64,000 nucleotides of DNA, taken from the NCBI GenBank assembly GCA_002189035.1, contig NEEC01000017.1, positions 2,480,001 to 2,544,000 of the forward strand, given 5' to 3'. Below the pieces are notes generated by a model that worked only from the letters and a program-made list of their open reading frames with translations, was not told the DNA's origin and ran no database searches. This DNA is from Utricularia gibba. Lineage: Eukaryota; Plantae; Magnoliophyta. How positions within the stretch are numbered: the stretch's first letter is position 1; the number at the start of each line of letters is the position of its first letter. The position numbers and the translations under genes are program-made. Below, one piece after another: positions 15,361 through 31,034 of this stretch.

Positions 15361-18300
15361 ATGCTCATGGTGAGTAATGATCTCAATATTTGCGTGCTTT
15401 GGTTGCTTTTCATCCATGCTTTTGAGTTTGGAAGATATGAAAGCAACTGTATATTTGAGCAATTTGGTGCTCAAGGATGGAAGGCTCTTTGGGACTATTC
15501 TGAAATGGTTTTTTTTTTTTTTTTTTTTTTTTGTGGTGCTCAACGAATCTTTAGAATTTTTTAAGAATAATCTGCATTGAGTTCACCGGCCATTATATTT
15601 AGATCGCTTTTGAACGGGATGTTCATGAAATCGGAAATTGATACTGGGTTTGAATACATTTTTTAATGGTAGGACCAAAAAAGTGGGAGTCGCAGTTGTA
15701 GCACGAATTTCCACTCCAGAAAGATATCTATAGGGATTCTGGCGGACGCAGCATGCGACGTAGAACCAATCTCCCGCCCCACAGGAATGGTGGCCAAGCA
15801 AGCAGCAGGCCTGCAGAAACAAGTTTTACGTCAGGCTTCAAAAAGTTATTCACGAAAAAATGTTGGAGCAGATTCTCCAGTTTTTTGTGTTACCAGTCAA
15901 CCACGTCCCCTGGAGAATGCTTTTAGCGACCATTGTGCTCATCCATTTGCCGGCGCTAATGGCACAGAAAATGATGCTTTCATAGACAACAAGTCTCAAA
16001 GATCCGCTGATTCTGGGAATGGACGGAAGTATAAGAAAAGCGAACATGTTCAGAATCCGGTTTCTTTAGTCCAACCAATTCAGTTGGAAAACAATGTGGC
16101 GGATGAGGGCAGAGAGATCAAGATTGCTGGTCATGAAACTTTGAGGATGAAACTGTTGGAGGTTTTAGGAAATGTACCATCCCCTATAAAGTCAGCTGAG
16201 TTGAATATTGATAAGGAAAAGGAAGCAGGTCAACGTCCTGAGGCAATGATAAGTCTGAGCTCTGATGCAATTGAGAGTGACTCTGATAAAAAGTCACCTG
16301 GTAAACCAATTAAGCGTTATACTAGTAGGAAGAAGGCACTTCCCAAAAACGAACATCAGAAAGTGATATTAGAGAATTCTACTAGCACCAAGAAGGATGT
16401 TGTGCAGAAAACGGTACTTCCGTTCAATGGAGATCAGCATGGTAGTCTATGTGGTAATTCGAAGGATAAAGCCTTAGCTTCAACGATGGAAATTCATGAG
16501 GGCTCTAAGCATGCTGCTGTTAGAAGTAAACATCACTCTGAAACTAGGAGCAGATCATCTACCGCTGTAGAGAAATTTGTTGAAGTGTCCAATGCTGATA
16601 GTTTGAAGGTCAGGGCAAAAGATAAATCTTCTGATCAGGTGATTAGCACACGTAAGGTTATGGATGAACTCCAGACGGACATTGAGCAGCCGCAGGATGT
16701 TAAAACTTCAACTGACCAGCCGGTTGATTTAGAATATCGAGAAGGTTATTTTCCTCAAAAGGAAATATACAATGCCATGAATAGAAAAAAAATTGGAGTG
16801 AAAGAGAGCACAACTGATCCATTGGTTGGTGAGAAGAACAACTCCTTCAATTCACCTCTTAAGACTATGGCTGAAATCTGGAAGAATGAGCAGTCACCAG
16901 CGGTTGGAATTTTCAAGGACAAGCTTGATGATAAAGAAAATAGAGCGAAGTCTTTGTTTGGAAAGAGAACCAGCAAGATGAATGATGCAGTTCTTGGTGC
17001 AAGTAACAGTAAGAAGAAGAATGATCCAACTGGGGTTGAAAGGCAGCCAATGGATGTTGAGCATTCTAACTTCATGAATCAGCAAACGAGTATATCTAAT
17101 CCTTTGTCAAAGAAGAGAAGGGTCCATTCTGATGATCATCCCAATCCCCAAAGTTGGATTGATGTAATTGGTCCGTTGGTACAGAGCAATGGAAATCTTA
17201 TGGGAGACACTCCTGCTGATAACATATTTAGCTTCATTAACATTCGGAACTTCAAAAGTCTATGCAGTTCAAAGTCTTTTGAAAGGAGACAAAGGGAGAT
17301 GGATGAATTGCATGTATCCTAACGTGCGTAGTCACAAAATATACAAATAAAGTTCTTTCTTTATTTTTTTTTCTTTTCTTGTTGATAAAAATAATATATG
17401 CGTTTTGCTGTTCCTTATTAAATCGAAGAATGACACAGATGGAAACATGTGTTTTCCAATTGATCCAACCTTCAACATGGATGTTGGTGGAAATAACCGG
17501 GTTCAAGGATCATCTAATAATGGAATGGATTCTGAGAGCTTAGGAAATGATTCTCCATTGGCCGGCGATTCTGAAGGTGGAAAGGGTATTATTCTTCATC
17601 TGTGAATTGTCTTCCTAAACCACACAACGTGTTTTTTAGTTTACAAAATTTCCACCAGTTTGGCAATAGGCATCTCTTGAAGCATAAAAACATGAAGTGG
17701 GGACAGAGTATATTATGATTTTTGCTCTGGAGATTTTGCATTATTTTATTTCTTATTCCCAGGGACTGTTTAGGGCTATCATGAACTCCAAGTTTCTGTT
17801 TCTGGTGAAGCCACATCATCGTTCACCCAAATGGGTGTGGTGATTTGGGCTATAAGAAATGAAAATGCCTAGTCAAGTTGAAATGCATGTGCAATATCTT
17901 GAAGAACAGATGCTTGCCTTTGATCAATACTGATGTAAAACTTAACTGCAAATCGAGACTTAAACAACATTCCGGCTTGGAATATTACTGACAATGTTAT
18001 CAACGTACAGATTGCAGGGAACTGATGCCATCATCCCCTGAGATTCATCGTGATAAGAAAATTCAAAATGACACTGACAGGACTCCAGACAATGAAAAGG
18101 ATGACGATGTTACAGGTTCTTTTCTTGCAACATATTTTCATAGTGGTTTTCTATTCTGGATCTACTGCCTTTCTCCCCTGCGTCGGTTTATGGCTTTTTT
18201 CTTTCTTCGTATCTTTTTCCTATCTCACGCGTAGTTTTCTCGTTCACAGAGACTCAGGAAAGTACTCCTCCAGTGTCCTTGGATAAGAATATCAATGACG

Positions 18301-19402
18301 ACCTGGGCAGGTATTCTTGCTTTGCTTTGCTGACCGGGAAGAAGAATCTAAACGGATTTTGACAAAAACTTCCCACCTAATTTCTTTCCTTTTCTAACCT
18401 TACAGTGGTGTAACACTACTCATCATGGCTCTTGATCGCGTGAAGTCCAAATTGAGTTCGTTGACTACCAAAAGATGTGTGTCAATTTTGCGGGCTTCTT
18501 CTGAGGAAATACATTCATTAATGCAAAACGCCGAGTCTCAAATCAAGGGAGATACGTAAGTAAAAGAATGTACACCGTTTTGTAGTAAAACTTTTTCATT
18601 TCTTAGTTCGCGCCTTTTCTATTCCAGGTCAAAGCTAACAAATCTTTGCCATTTGAAAAGGGAACTTCTAGAAACAAAATTCCAAGGTCAGTTCCTGTGC
18701 TTTTTTCATTGAGCTATATTTCAGGATTCTGAACCTTGTTTAATGAATGCATTATGTTAAGAGCTAAAAAGTTGTTTTTGAAATATTTAGCCCGAGATAC
18801 TAATATGCAATGAAATGCATTTTCTGAGGGTTTTGATGCTTTGACAATACCTATCTGAGTAGAAAAGCAGGAACACTTAATGGGAGTATTCAAAAGATTC
18901 AAGGAAGAGATAGCACAGCAGCTTCAAGGTTACCAAGGTCTTGTTGATGATCTAGAAGAGCATAAAGTTGACCTGAAAAGAACTGTGGAAAGACAAGGTC
19001 CGAAAAACTAAGATTGGATGTCTGCCAAATAGATTTCCGGGGATGTTTCGATTGACTCTGATTTTTGTTGATCGGTTTCTTGAAATCTCAGGAGCAGTAC
19101 ATAAAAAGATTGTGTCACAAGTCGACCAAGAAATCGACAGTCGAATCCAAGATGCTGAAAGCAAGATACTAGCCGTCCAGAAGGTACGCCTGTCTCTTTT
19201 CCAACTTGTCAGCAATACATACCCTTGGGGAATTCTCTAGTTGAACTAGTTCTATATCCTCACTACGTTCTTTGTTTTGGAATCAGCCTGCGCTAATCTC
19301 TCCGAACGCATGACAAGTTGCTTGATTTTGCAGTGGAATCAGGACAAGATGCTGCAATTGAAAACTGTCGTAGCTGAGCTCATGAAAAGCGTGGCCTTCT
19401 GA
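15361..19402 (+). CDS. ASY3: Meiotic axis protein ASY3/PAIR3, ~10 exons; start codon uncertain; probable +1 frameshift at ~15720-15723
   Basis: Has KISIGILAD, ETLRMKLLEVLG and SDAIESDSD. The C-terminal coiled-coil exons splice in consistent phase to ..KMLQLKTVVAELMKSVAF*, matching recalled ASY3 blocks. Confidence 0.85.
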
Positions 19403-19572
19403 TGCTTCAGTTGAAACTCGGGTAATTTTGGTGTTGGTATGAGTTCTTGGAATTCGCAACCTGAAGTATATTCCTTTCGGTGCATTAATTCAGTCTTCCA
19501 ACTTACGCGTGTTTACAAAATCTGGATAAAATACTCGTGACTTGAGTAAATGACGTTGCCTCGTCAACATGT

Positions 19573-22500
19573 CTACTGATCATAATTACTTGGAGTGAAC
19601 TCGATCATTTGGATCCCTCGTCCCGCTACTGCAATCTGGTACTTATTTCTGGAATTCACAGTCCCACGATCAACAACACAACTCCAGCAAAAAGTAGGTG
19701 AAAGTGGATTTGGAAGAAGTCGTTTACCTTGCACTGTTTTTAACATCTAATGCTTCTGGTTCTGGTACACTGACGACTAAGTGGGCACGCTCCGTAAGCT
19801 TGTCATGACTGAGGCTCCAACACCGGACCCGTTGATCGAGGCCAACAGAGAAAACGAAGATCCCATCCGTCCAAATACCTTTCATCAGAACCACATCAGC
19901 ACCTTTACAGCTTGTAACATGGGAATATAGTGTGATTCAGACAGGTAATACAGACAATGCAAGGACCTGTCATCTTTAAGAGCTAAGGTGGTCCAGACAT
20001 ATAACGAGAATAAATGCATATAAAATAGAACAAGCCTGCGTGTGGTACCTTTGACAGCGGAGCTGTGAGCTGATGTGATCTTATCTACACACGTAGGACT
20101 CAAATGGCTGATTCTGACCTGGCTAAAAGGGTGGCCATCATCTGCAGTTGGCGGTGAAGAAGTGCACTCAGAACCTGGTGTTCTATCTGGATACATTTCC
20201 GTGAAAGGGCTTAGCCTGAGATCACATCTGAGACAGTTAATCGCTTGATCATCTCCCCCCGAAATAATGTAGAAGGAGAATGTTAAGTCTGAGTGTCTAC
20301 TGGCATCGTTGATGTTAGACACATAGATGCAGTTGACACCAGATTGATGTGCATTCTCTATAATCTGCAAAGCTGTCACAAGAGTAGGTTCTCGCAAAAC
20401 GTATCTGCTTTTCAGCGAGTCAAGTGCCCCATGATCATCAGCATGATCACCACTCTGAAACCCGTGATTCTCCTTGGCATTGCCGGCATCTTCTTCTTGT
20501 CCATTGTTGCACTGAACTGTCTTTGTCTTTGCGTAGTGATCACCTGATGATCGCCGCCAACGTCCACCTTGGCTTCCTCTACCAGTCTGCGGCCTTTTTT
20601 GGACGCCTGGACAACTCTCTGATTGAAGAATTGACACATGCACCATAAAGGTTTCAACAGTTGCTGTCAAGTCCCAGATCCCTATATTTCCATCCGTAGA
20701 TCCAGTGACAGCCAAGTAAAAGTTTCCAACTTGAGTATTGCCTGACAGCGTGATAAAAATTTCAATGCCGCGCAAAAAACCAAACTCCTATGCTGAAGCA
20801 CAGGGTGTTCCATCATTCTGCTTTATGATTAAAATATCTTAACTTATTTCAAAAACTGACACCTGAAAGTCTATTGCAAAATGAAATGCAACTCGCGGAA
20901 GAGAGATTGAAAATCGACCAAAATGCAATTATGTAATTTTCATAAGCCTCCAGGAAATCTGAGCGGTTATTACCTTGTCCTTGATATTCCGAATGCAGAA
21001 CCTTGGGAACGACAACATGCTGTACAGTTAGCACTGGTGAGCTTGAAGAACTCAATTCAGCAATGTCATACCTGCATTTGGCATGACATCAAAGAATTGG
21101 GCAGGGGCAAAACAATAGTTCTAATAACAACTAGCAAACCGAAATGCAACTTCACAGTACATTCTAAGAATAAAACTCTTGAAGAGAAATATTGTGCTGG
21201 AAACTGGCTTACCAGAGATGAAATGGAAGCACTAGGGCCCTTAGTGTAACAGTGGCGTCTGAAGAAGCAATGACAACAAAACATACACAAACCCTGGATA
21301 AAACATACATCAAGCAGTGAGTTGTGTGAGACTTCATAAAGTTAATATTCCTGAAAATGGAAAGAGAATACACTCATATGGTAACCTTGAGCCATTCTCT
21401 TTAACAAGAAAGGCAGTAACAGCAAGATGTCGGAAGTTGTCATCACAAGTCGAGTCAGGGACAAGGTCTAGTTCTGCATTTTTCATTTCTGAAGAAAACG
21501 ATGCACCACAAGCATCTTGTAGGGTTTCACAAATATTTTTCTTGGTTCTGCAAGCAGAGCCTAAAACAGGCACATCTGCTGATAGCCACTGAAAGGAAAA
21601 TGGCTGCTTAGCATCTGCACATAGGCGGGTCATATTGTTTTCACTCCCTACTTTACTGCCTGCATCATCCGCCTTCTTGTCACATATACCAGCAGTTTGT
21701 TTCCATGCAGTTACAACCCTTTTTGCACCGACAGATATAAGCAATATGGTATCCCTGGATTTGTTTTCAACATAATGTATGTCCGACACAGTTATGGAAT
21801 CTGGGAAAAACATATGTGTGTTTGAAACATAACATATTGACCGCACAGCTGATCCACCAACATGCACCCCAAGAAGTTCTGAAGATAACCATTTGTGCAT
21901 CTCCGGGTCGTACCTGAAACATTCACAATGCTGCTTTTAAGATAAAAAGAAGTTAAAAGGACATTCCAAAAGGAAGCTGATACACACAATCACAAACCTG
22001 GTTAACCGGATAGTCCCATCCTCACAACCAGTGATAATCCAACAAGATTCAACCACCGATCCCAGATTATCATCTATAGTAAATAATGATTGTTCAGAAA
22101 TGAAGACCAAAGAATGTAGCTCCCGACCATGAAACTGCAAGTGAATATTCTGAGGATACAACTGCAGATAATTTTGAGGCAGCCAATTCCTATGTATATG
22201 AATGACATCATCCTGCCAGAAAAAAAAATCAAGTATAATGTATTTATAAGTTTGGTGCCGTAATAATCAACATTAAACTTTTTGCAGGACTCGAGATATT
22301 GGCATAAAGAAACAAAAATAGCAGAAAAAACAAATTCCTGCTTGATACCATCTTACAGAACACCTGAAAATGAATATTTCACAGCCAGATCAATTATTAT
22401 GGCTGATACCACCAAACAGAATATCATCATCAGTTACTCACTATATTTAAACAAGACTTCTATCATGATGATTATGCATCAACATACACCTTTCATTACA

Positions 22501-25500
22501 AGAACAAGGATACAAGTATAGGATAAAATCTCAGTAAATGTTAAACTGTCACAGAAAATAATAAATTTTGAACATAAAACATACCTTAACAAAGGAAAAG
22601 CAGTGCATAATCTCAGGATTTTCACCAATATAATATGAATTAGGCCGGCGCCAACCACCACAAGCAATTTGAAGCACCTTATGCAAGCAATCAAATGAAG
22701 CAAAATAAGGCCTCAAATCCAAACCATGCATATTGAATCTTAAATGGGCAATTCCATCTTAGTCTATTGATGACAAGAAGGGCCTAATATAGTCTCCTTT
22801 GGTTGAGGCAGAAGGAGAAAGTACGAGACAGAAAAAATAATGATATCAAGTAGCAGAGAAAAAAAGAGTGGCAAAGAGAGGTGATTCTTGAGAAGAGAGA
22901 GTGAACCTTCATGGTTGTAGAAATATTCCATATCACAAAATATGCCGATGTAAAGCCCACTGCATAGATTCCAGAAGATAAATCATAAACAGACTGAACG
23001 GCAGTCAGCTCTTTAAGTTGTTTCATTCCTACAAATTCGAGATTAGGTGGATCTCTGTTGCGCTGTAAGTAGCATATACATCCATCTGTTCCAGTCTGTC
23101 ACACAACACCAACACAACGGTGGAAAGATTAAGTGATCAATCTGCTTTGTATATACGAAATGGCAAAAATGCTGTAGTCTCTATTTAGATAAATGTCATA
23201 TTTAGCTAATAACTTCTAGATTAGAGAACTGGAAAACAGGATAAGTAAATGGAAAGATAGGCGCATACTGAACATATTTGTATTTGATGAGATTGCAAAC
23301 TAGCGATAGAGACACTGTTCACAGTAGATATGCCATGAGCTCCCTTGAAATAACAAACAGGAAATGCTTTAACTTCTGTATGTCTAGATGAGCCATGAAG
23401 CAGCTCCTTGGGTAACAAAAACACAAGAAGATTGCCACGAATATCTCCGCACACTAGCATCTGCATAGAAAAGAAGCTCATGAAAAATGAAAATATGTGG
23501 AGCAGAACATAAGAAGGATATGCGTAAAACTAGCCAATGTATGCCTGCATGTCAATCTCTAGAGGGTTGATTAATTTTAATTACACAAGGCCTATTAATA
23601 GAAGATGAAATCCAACAATGAAAAACTGAGGGTTCATATGATGACAAAAACAGACCTCTTCATCACAAGACACATCTACACACATTATCCGCTTTGCAAA
23701 GCATGAGGTAAATTCTCCAACAAGGAATGCTTCATGACTTTCAGAGTTTTTTGACTCATAACATAACTTCCACAGCTTCAGTCTGCCACCCGGATCTGCT
23801 GTAATGACAAACCTGTATAGCATCGTGCAGAAAGACACTTTATACAATGGAAGGGTAATGATAAAAATATGGATGGAAGAATATTGGTACAGACCAACTG
23901 AAAAAAAAACACACACACACACACAAAACTCCATAATCTAGATCAAAATTTACACTAGATAGCAAGTCAAAGAGCACAAAGCTATGACTCGAAATCTTGC
24001 ATGGTCAACTTGTGATGATCAATATCTACTCTGATGGTGGCATCACAATAATGGTACCAGTTACTTTTCTAGGAATGGAACTACTGACTACCTTTCTTGT
24101 AATGACCTGCACCAGAAACAACCTAAGAGATGCCGCTCTCTTTCTGCCTGCCAACTAACTCTAAACTGAACTTCTACAGAGTGAGGAGTGACAACCGCTT
24201 GAATAATATTCATGTTCCCTTTACCATCACCAAGAGCAACCCAATCTTCCCGTCCACCACATGGGTTATGGAAAGTAGATAATAAGTCCATACAGATGAT
24301 TGGGGCATCCTTACTGACATGGCCCAAGTCAGTCCATATAACATCATCAAGTTCAGCTAGGTTGACATGATATAGATATCCATTATTTGTAGCAACATAA
24401 AGGGATTCGTGGCTTGCCATGTGTAAACATCGAATGTACTCGCTTTTGCTGCAAGAGTGCCAGTAAAGAGAAATTATGATATAAGGCAATGCAGAATGGC
24501 AATTATCATATAGAGTTTCCTGAAAAGACAGTAGTTAGGTTGATGCAAATACCTGTCCAAGAGGCCATCAGGTCTTGAATGACTTGGCAAGGGATGTGCA
24601 CAGACTTCCCTTGTATGACTAGAAATCCTTAAGTCAAGCCCTCCTTCTAAGCCATTTACAGGCCTTGCCAACTGGTGAATCCTTATAGCTGAATCAAAAC
24701 CAGCAGTGACAAGCAGCAAAGAGTTGGGATCAGATAGGCACCTCCATATACCTCGTCCACTAAGCACATTATAACAACCAATGCACAAGCTTAAGTGCCA
24801 AGACAACACTATTATTAGGTACTGGCAACACAAACACTATTTTCTTTTTTTTTTTGGGAGGCGTTCCATATCCATTTAACGTAACAGATAATGAAATGGA
24901 GCAACAGGAACCACAACCCTTGCCCATCAGCAAATCTTTGAGGGGATTCTCTCTTACATGTGCTCCTTGAACTCCTTCACTTGTTGGCCATTCTGATTCC
25001 AAACTCGGCAGCTACAATCCTCACCAGCTGTGATGATCAACTGAGAAATTCATAAAACAAGAAATGTTCAGAATAAACATATCTCCTGTTCTCATAACTT
25101 TATTTTATTTATCCGCTTAAAAACTCAAAATTTATATAGTGGAAGCAGCCATCTAGCCACGAGAATGATGTATTGTAATCAGCTGAACTGTTATTTAAGA
25201 AACCAGGACTCCTTACAGAGTCAAATACGCAGCAGTCCCATATCCGGGCATTATGTCCAAAAAGTACACATCCTGTCATACGATTGACCTCATTTTGGCC
25301 TTCTTTTTCAGCCTGAACTTCCCAAAGACGGGCACTGAAGTAACAGAAAATGATTTTGAGGAGTATCCAAAAAGTGTGAAGTCCCACACCTTGACATAGA
25401 GAGGACATGGAGATGAGAAGCAATTACCAACCTCCGGTCGTCAGAAACAGAGACAAGTTTCCTTCCACTAGAGAACCAAGCAATGCGAAATATTGAACCT

Positions 25501-26856
25501 TCATGGCCAACAAGCCTATTTATGAGAACGTCTCTGTGTATAGGAGCAGGAACAAGTAAGCTTTCATGGGTTCTCAGCCTACAGGGGTTCCCAGTACTAG
25601 TTAAAAGGGTAGTGAACTGCGCCTGTGGTACCACTTCCCAGACAACAATCTGCAATACATTATATTGGCTATATATTTGACGAGAGCATCACAATGCTAC
25701 CATACAAAAATTACAAAAGAATAGAGGCAAGCCACTAATATTTACCAAATAGGAACAAAAACTCTGTACAAAATAAAATCAGTGCAGCATCATGGAAAAA
25801 AAAATATACCAAATAAAATCAAATACGAACATCTCAAAGCTAGCCACTAGCCCGTCAAGTAAAATCAATGCAGCATACTAACAAAAACTGTGTACAAATA
25901 TTTCCCAAAGACTACGTACAGCATCATGGAAAAAAAAAGTAAAAAACTGACAGCCCAGTTTGCGCAGACTTATTTGTAGGCCACTTACCACATTGAAAAT
26001 GGTACCAGATGCAATTCGCAGTGACTCTATTTTATTCCCGAACATCTTCATTGAATACAACAAGCACTTCTCTGAAAGGTTATTTGGTAAGATTTTTAAC
26101 GACTGAAAGATATGCAACACAAAAGAGCGTACTGCAAACGCATCAAAATACCCTGGAGAAGGATTTACCTGAGCACTTGACATGAGAATGCATATTACGT
26201 CCCGGGATATCCCAAAAATGCACAGAATTATCACTACATCCAATGGCAAGATAGTATGCATCCTCACTTGAGTTCGCACCTTCCTTACAAGGTTTAAAAA
26301 GGGAAACTAACTGAGTCATTAACGCCTGGGGAGCAGCCTAGCATTCAAAGAAGTAACTTGCGAAAAAACTATTCAAACCTCCAAGAAGGAAACATCCAAA
26401 ACCCAGTGGCTGAACATAGGGAGAGAGATAACACAAGCGAGTTCCAGAACAGGTTTGTGGCCATTTAATTCAATTTTCAGATTAAAAATCTTAACTCTCC
26501 TTTCTCCAAACACCGCAACAAGGAAATCTAGTGCATTGCATTGTGACTGTTGGTGACAATTCTGCAATGAAATCCCGTGGACGCGGATACCCTCAAAGAC
26601 TTGAAACGTTAGTATAATATTTCCCGTATCTAAGCTGTGCACTTGAATCTGCGAGCCAGTCCCTGCAACGGCAAAAGAGAAAAGAACGAAGTCACTAAAA
26701 TTCCTTCAAGGTTGAGGATTCCTGATGTCGGACGAAAATCATACCAGCTAGGAGAAGAGGAAGTGACGAGAAATGTGATGGAAGATGAAGGAAGCACAGG
26801 GCCGAGATTTCCCCGAGATACTCTCCCGGGTGGAGCCGCCACCGGCTCTCGCTCAT
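19573..26856 (-). CDS. WDR6: WD40-repeat protein WDR6/Trm734 (At4g01860-like; partner of the tRNA 2'-O-methyltransferase), many exons
   Basis: Starts MSESRWRLHPGEYLGEISALCFL. Has LVGHEGSIFRIAW, LFGHNARIWDC, TAGEDCSCRVW, QIACGGWRRPNSY and FHGRELHSL. Ends QIAVAGRGIQMIEFTPSNYDQ*. Confidence 0.92.
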
Positions 26857-26911
26857 TCCGCACTTCCGTTGGGAAAGAAGCAAAAACGGAAGTGCGCCGC
26901 GAGTATAAACG

Positions 26912-27042
26912 AATGGGCCCGAACATGCGTAATACATTGGTTTTATAGGAAGGCTCGGGCTCAATAATGATAGGCTCTACAGGAAGGCTCGGGCCATAAA
27001 TGAATGGGCCAGGACACATGCGGGCGCGACTTGGGCCCAATT
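26912..27042. promoter_or_regulatory. Site II (TGGGCY/GGCCCA)-rich promoter upstream of WDR6
   Basis: Several TGGGCC/GGGCCC/GGGCTC motifs within ~130 bp, typical of TCP-bound housekeeping promoters. Confidence 0.55.
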
Positions 27043-27097
27043 GAGCCTCTTTATGAAAATGAAATTGCATTTACGGTGCAATGAAATTTACTGTATA

Positions 27098-27400
27098 TCA
27101 CTTGAAGCCAAGCATGGCGAAGTTGAGAACACGGGAGCATGAAGCATCCTGTGCCAAGGGCAATGGGGGTGACGGAAAGGAAGGAAAACTCAGGCATCCT
27201 CTGCCAGGAGCATTTTGTTGCACCAGCGCTAGGCTACCCGCTGCGAGAACTATGGCTGCTGGCAGGTCCTCTTGTTGGCCTAGGAGGTGACAAAAAAGAG
27301 CTGCTTTGGCCTCCTCTTGGAAAGCGGAAGTAGTGCACGATTGACTCGGAACGCCCCAAGCAATCCGATGAATGGGAGTAGTTACTACTGCGCCAACCAC
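27098..27400 (-). mobile_element. Degenerate RNase H-like fragment, probably a non-LTR retrotransposon (LINE) remnant
   Basis: No ATG. The translation SAFQEEAKAAL..LG......IV...GSLALVQ..(35 aa)..SRVLNF resembles the plant LINE RNase H pattern SALxAEAxAxL..A......VxVExDSxxLV...RxxN. The second catalytic Asp is replaced by Gly. Confidence 0.4.
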
Positions 27401-28386
27401 ATCAGTCTAGTAGCAACTTCAAGAAAGAACCAAGGCTCTCGGTGAGTTATCTGGGGGAAGCCTGAAGCGTCACAGATTTTCACCGATGTGGTTGTTTCAC
27501 GGTTTTGTTCTTTATCTTTTAACTCAAATGGTTAAACCAAAAGACGAAAGAAATGGTGGGTTTTTCCGCATGACTGTTGGAGTGAAAGTGAACCAAATTA
27601 AACAACCGAGGGGGATAAAGCAAATGTGGTTGAACGGTCAAAGGGTCAAAAGTAGTGCAAAAAAAGAAAAAGCTACCCATGCGCCGGGTAGGAGGAGGCA
27701 GCAATTGGTGATTTTGCTCTCCGGTTTATGGTATTTGTAGTTACTGCTGCAAAGCAACAACACCACTTTAATGATCTTTAGGTTGACCGACTCCTATTGA
27801 ATTCCACTCGTCGGAGGAGAGGAGTTCCTCTCCAATCTGAAAGATTTGCCTCAGAGCTTCCCCCGCAGTTTATTTATTGTTCTCTTGGAAGCTGCGCTTA
27901 TGATTGCTGATCCGACTGGTAAAAAAATTGCTCTTTTTTTTCCTTGGGTGTTGGTTAGCTGAATTTTGAGCTGGATATGTTCGGGGCTCACTGGGTTGCT
28001 TTTGTTTTCTTCTTTCTCATGAACAAAGAAAACGACCCCTTGTCAATTATTATCGTGTCGTTTGTGTTTAGAAAGGGATTCGCTGTTGTGTTTACTTCAG
28101 ATCTCGTCGTCACTTGTGGGAGTTTCAACTTTGTAAGGCTTATTTGTGAAACTGGGGCGACTGTTCTTTGTACGGGCAGTTGATTTTAGGCAAGTTCTTG
28201 AAATTTGTTGTGCTGATAGTTGCGACTTTGCTGCTGTTGGATGATGTTTTATCATCCAGCTTCCGAGCTTTTTAACTTGGGGGTATACCATCGTTACTGT
28301 GACTAATTTTATGCTGAATGTCAAAGCAGGGGGATTCTTGTAAGATACCTCTGCTCTTAACTGGGGTTGCTAGTAAGGGACCAAGC

Positions 28387-30514
<2,128 letters not shown>

Positions 30515-30881
30515 GTTGGGCTCCAATGCCCGACCCGATCATTAGTAAGAAGAAGGGGGTTCCAATTACAGTTGTATCGTGCGTGTGTACTCACTGCTAA
30601 CCAGACAGAGTTAGTTCTCTTGTGGAAGAACCTGATGCCGGAGAACGCACTTCCTCACCTAGTGTCGGTCGTGTACTCCACTCTGCTGCTGCTACCCTTT
30701 CCTTTCCTTTCCTTCCCTTCTGTTTGTTGTAAATGTCAATTTTACGCAGTTACCACCTAGCTGTCTGTTGTGCATCCATCGGATGGTGCTACGCCTAGTC
30801 ACTTGTCTGTCGCCCATTTCTACCGTCTGTGTACCAGAGGATAATTCGGTGAAGCCACCTGAGGCAAAAAAGTGGCGCGAA

Positions 30882-30954
30882 TGCGGTGAGCGTGGATCGA
30901 ACACGCGACCTCCAGATCTTCAGTCTGGCGCTCTCCCAACTGAGCTATCCCCGC
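30882..30954 (-). tRNA. tRNA-Phe(GAA): Cytosolic tRNA-Phe (GAA), 73 nt, intronless
   Basis: GCGGGGATAGCTCAGTTGGGAGAGCGCCAGACTGAAGATCTGGAGGTCGCGTGTTCGATCCACGCTCACCGCA folds into a full cloverleaf. CAA lies just upstream and a T6 Pol III terminator 10 nt downstream (30866-30871). Confidence 0.98.
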
Positions 30955-31034
30955 TGTTGTTAACCCCACGACAGAGATCTGTAATAACCAAAAACAGTAT
31001 CCGAAAACCAATTCTCCACAACAGCAAAAGTTGT

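Noticed and set aside
22500-23525. RTATCCTT motifs on the minus strand of WDR6 (~22510, ~23518)
   Set aside because: They lie inside ordinary GT-AG introns, not at exon boundaries, so they are not U12 donors.
25759-25945. Degenerate direct repeat inside a WDR6 intron
   Set aside because: A short AT-rich local duplication with no termini or coding signature.
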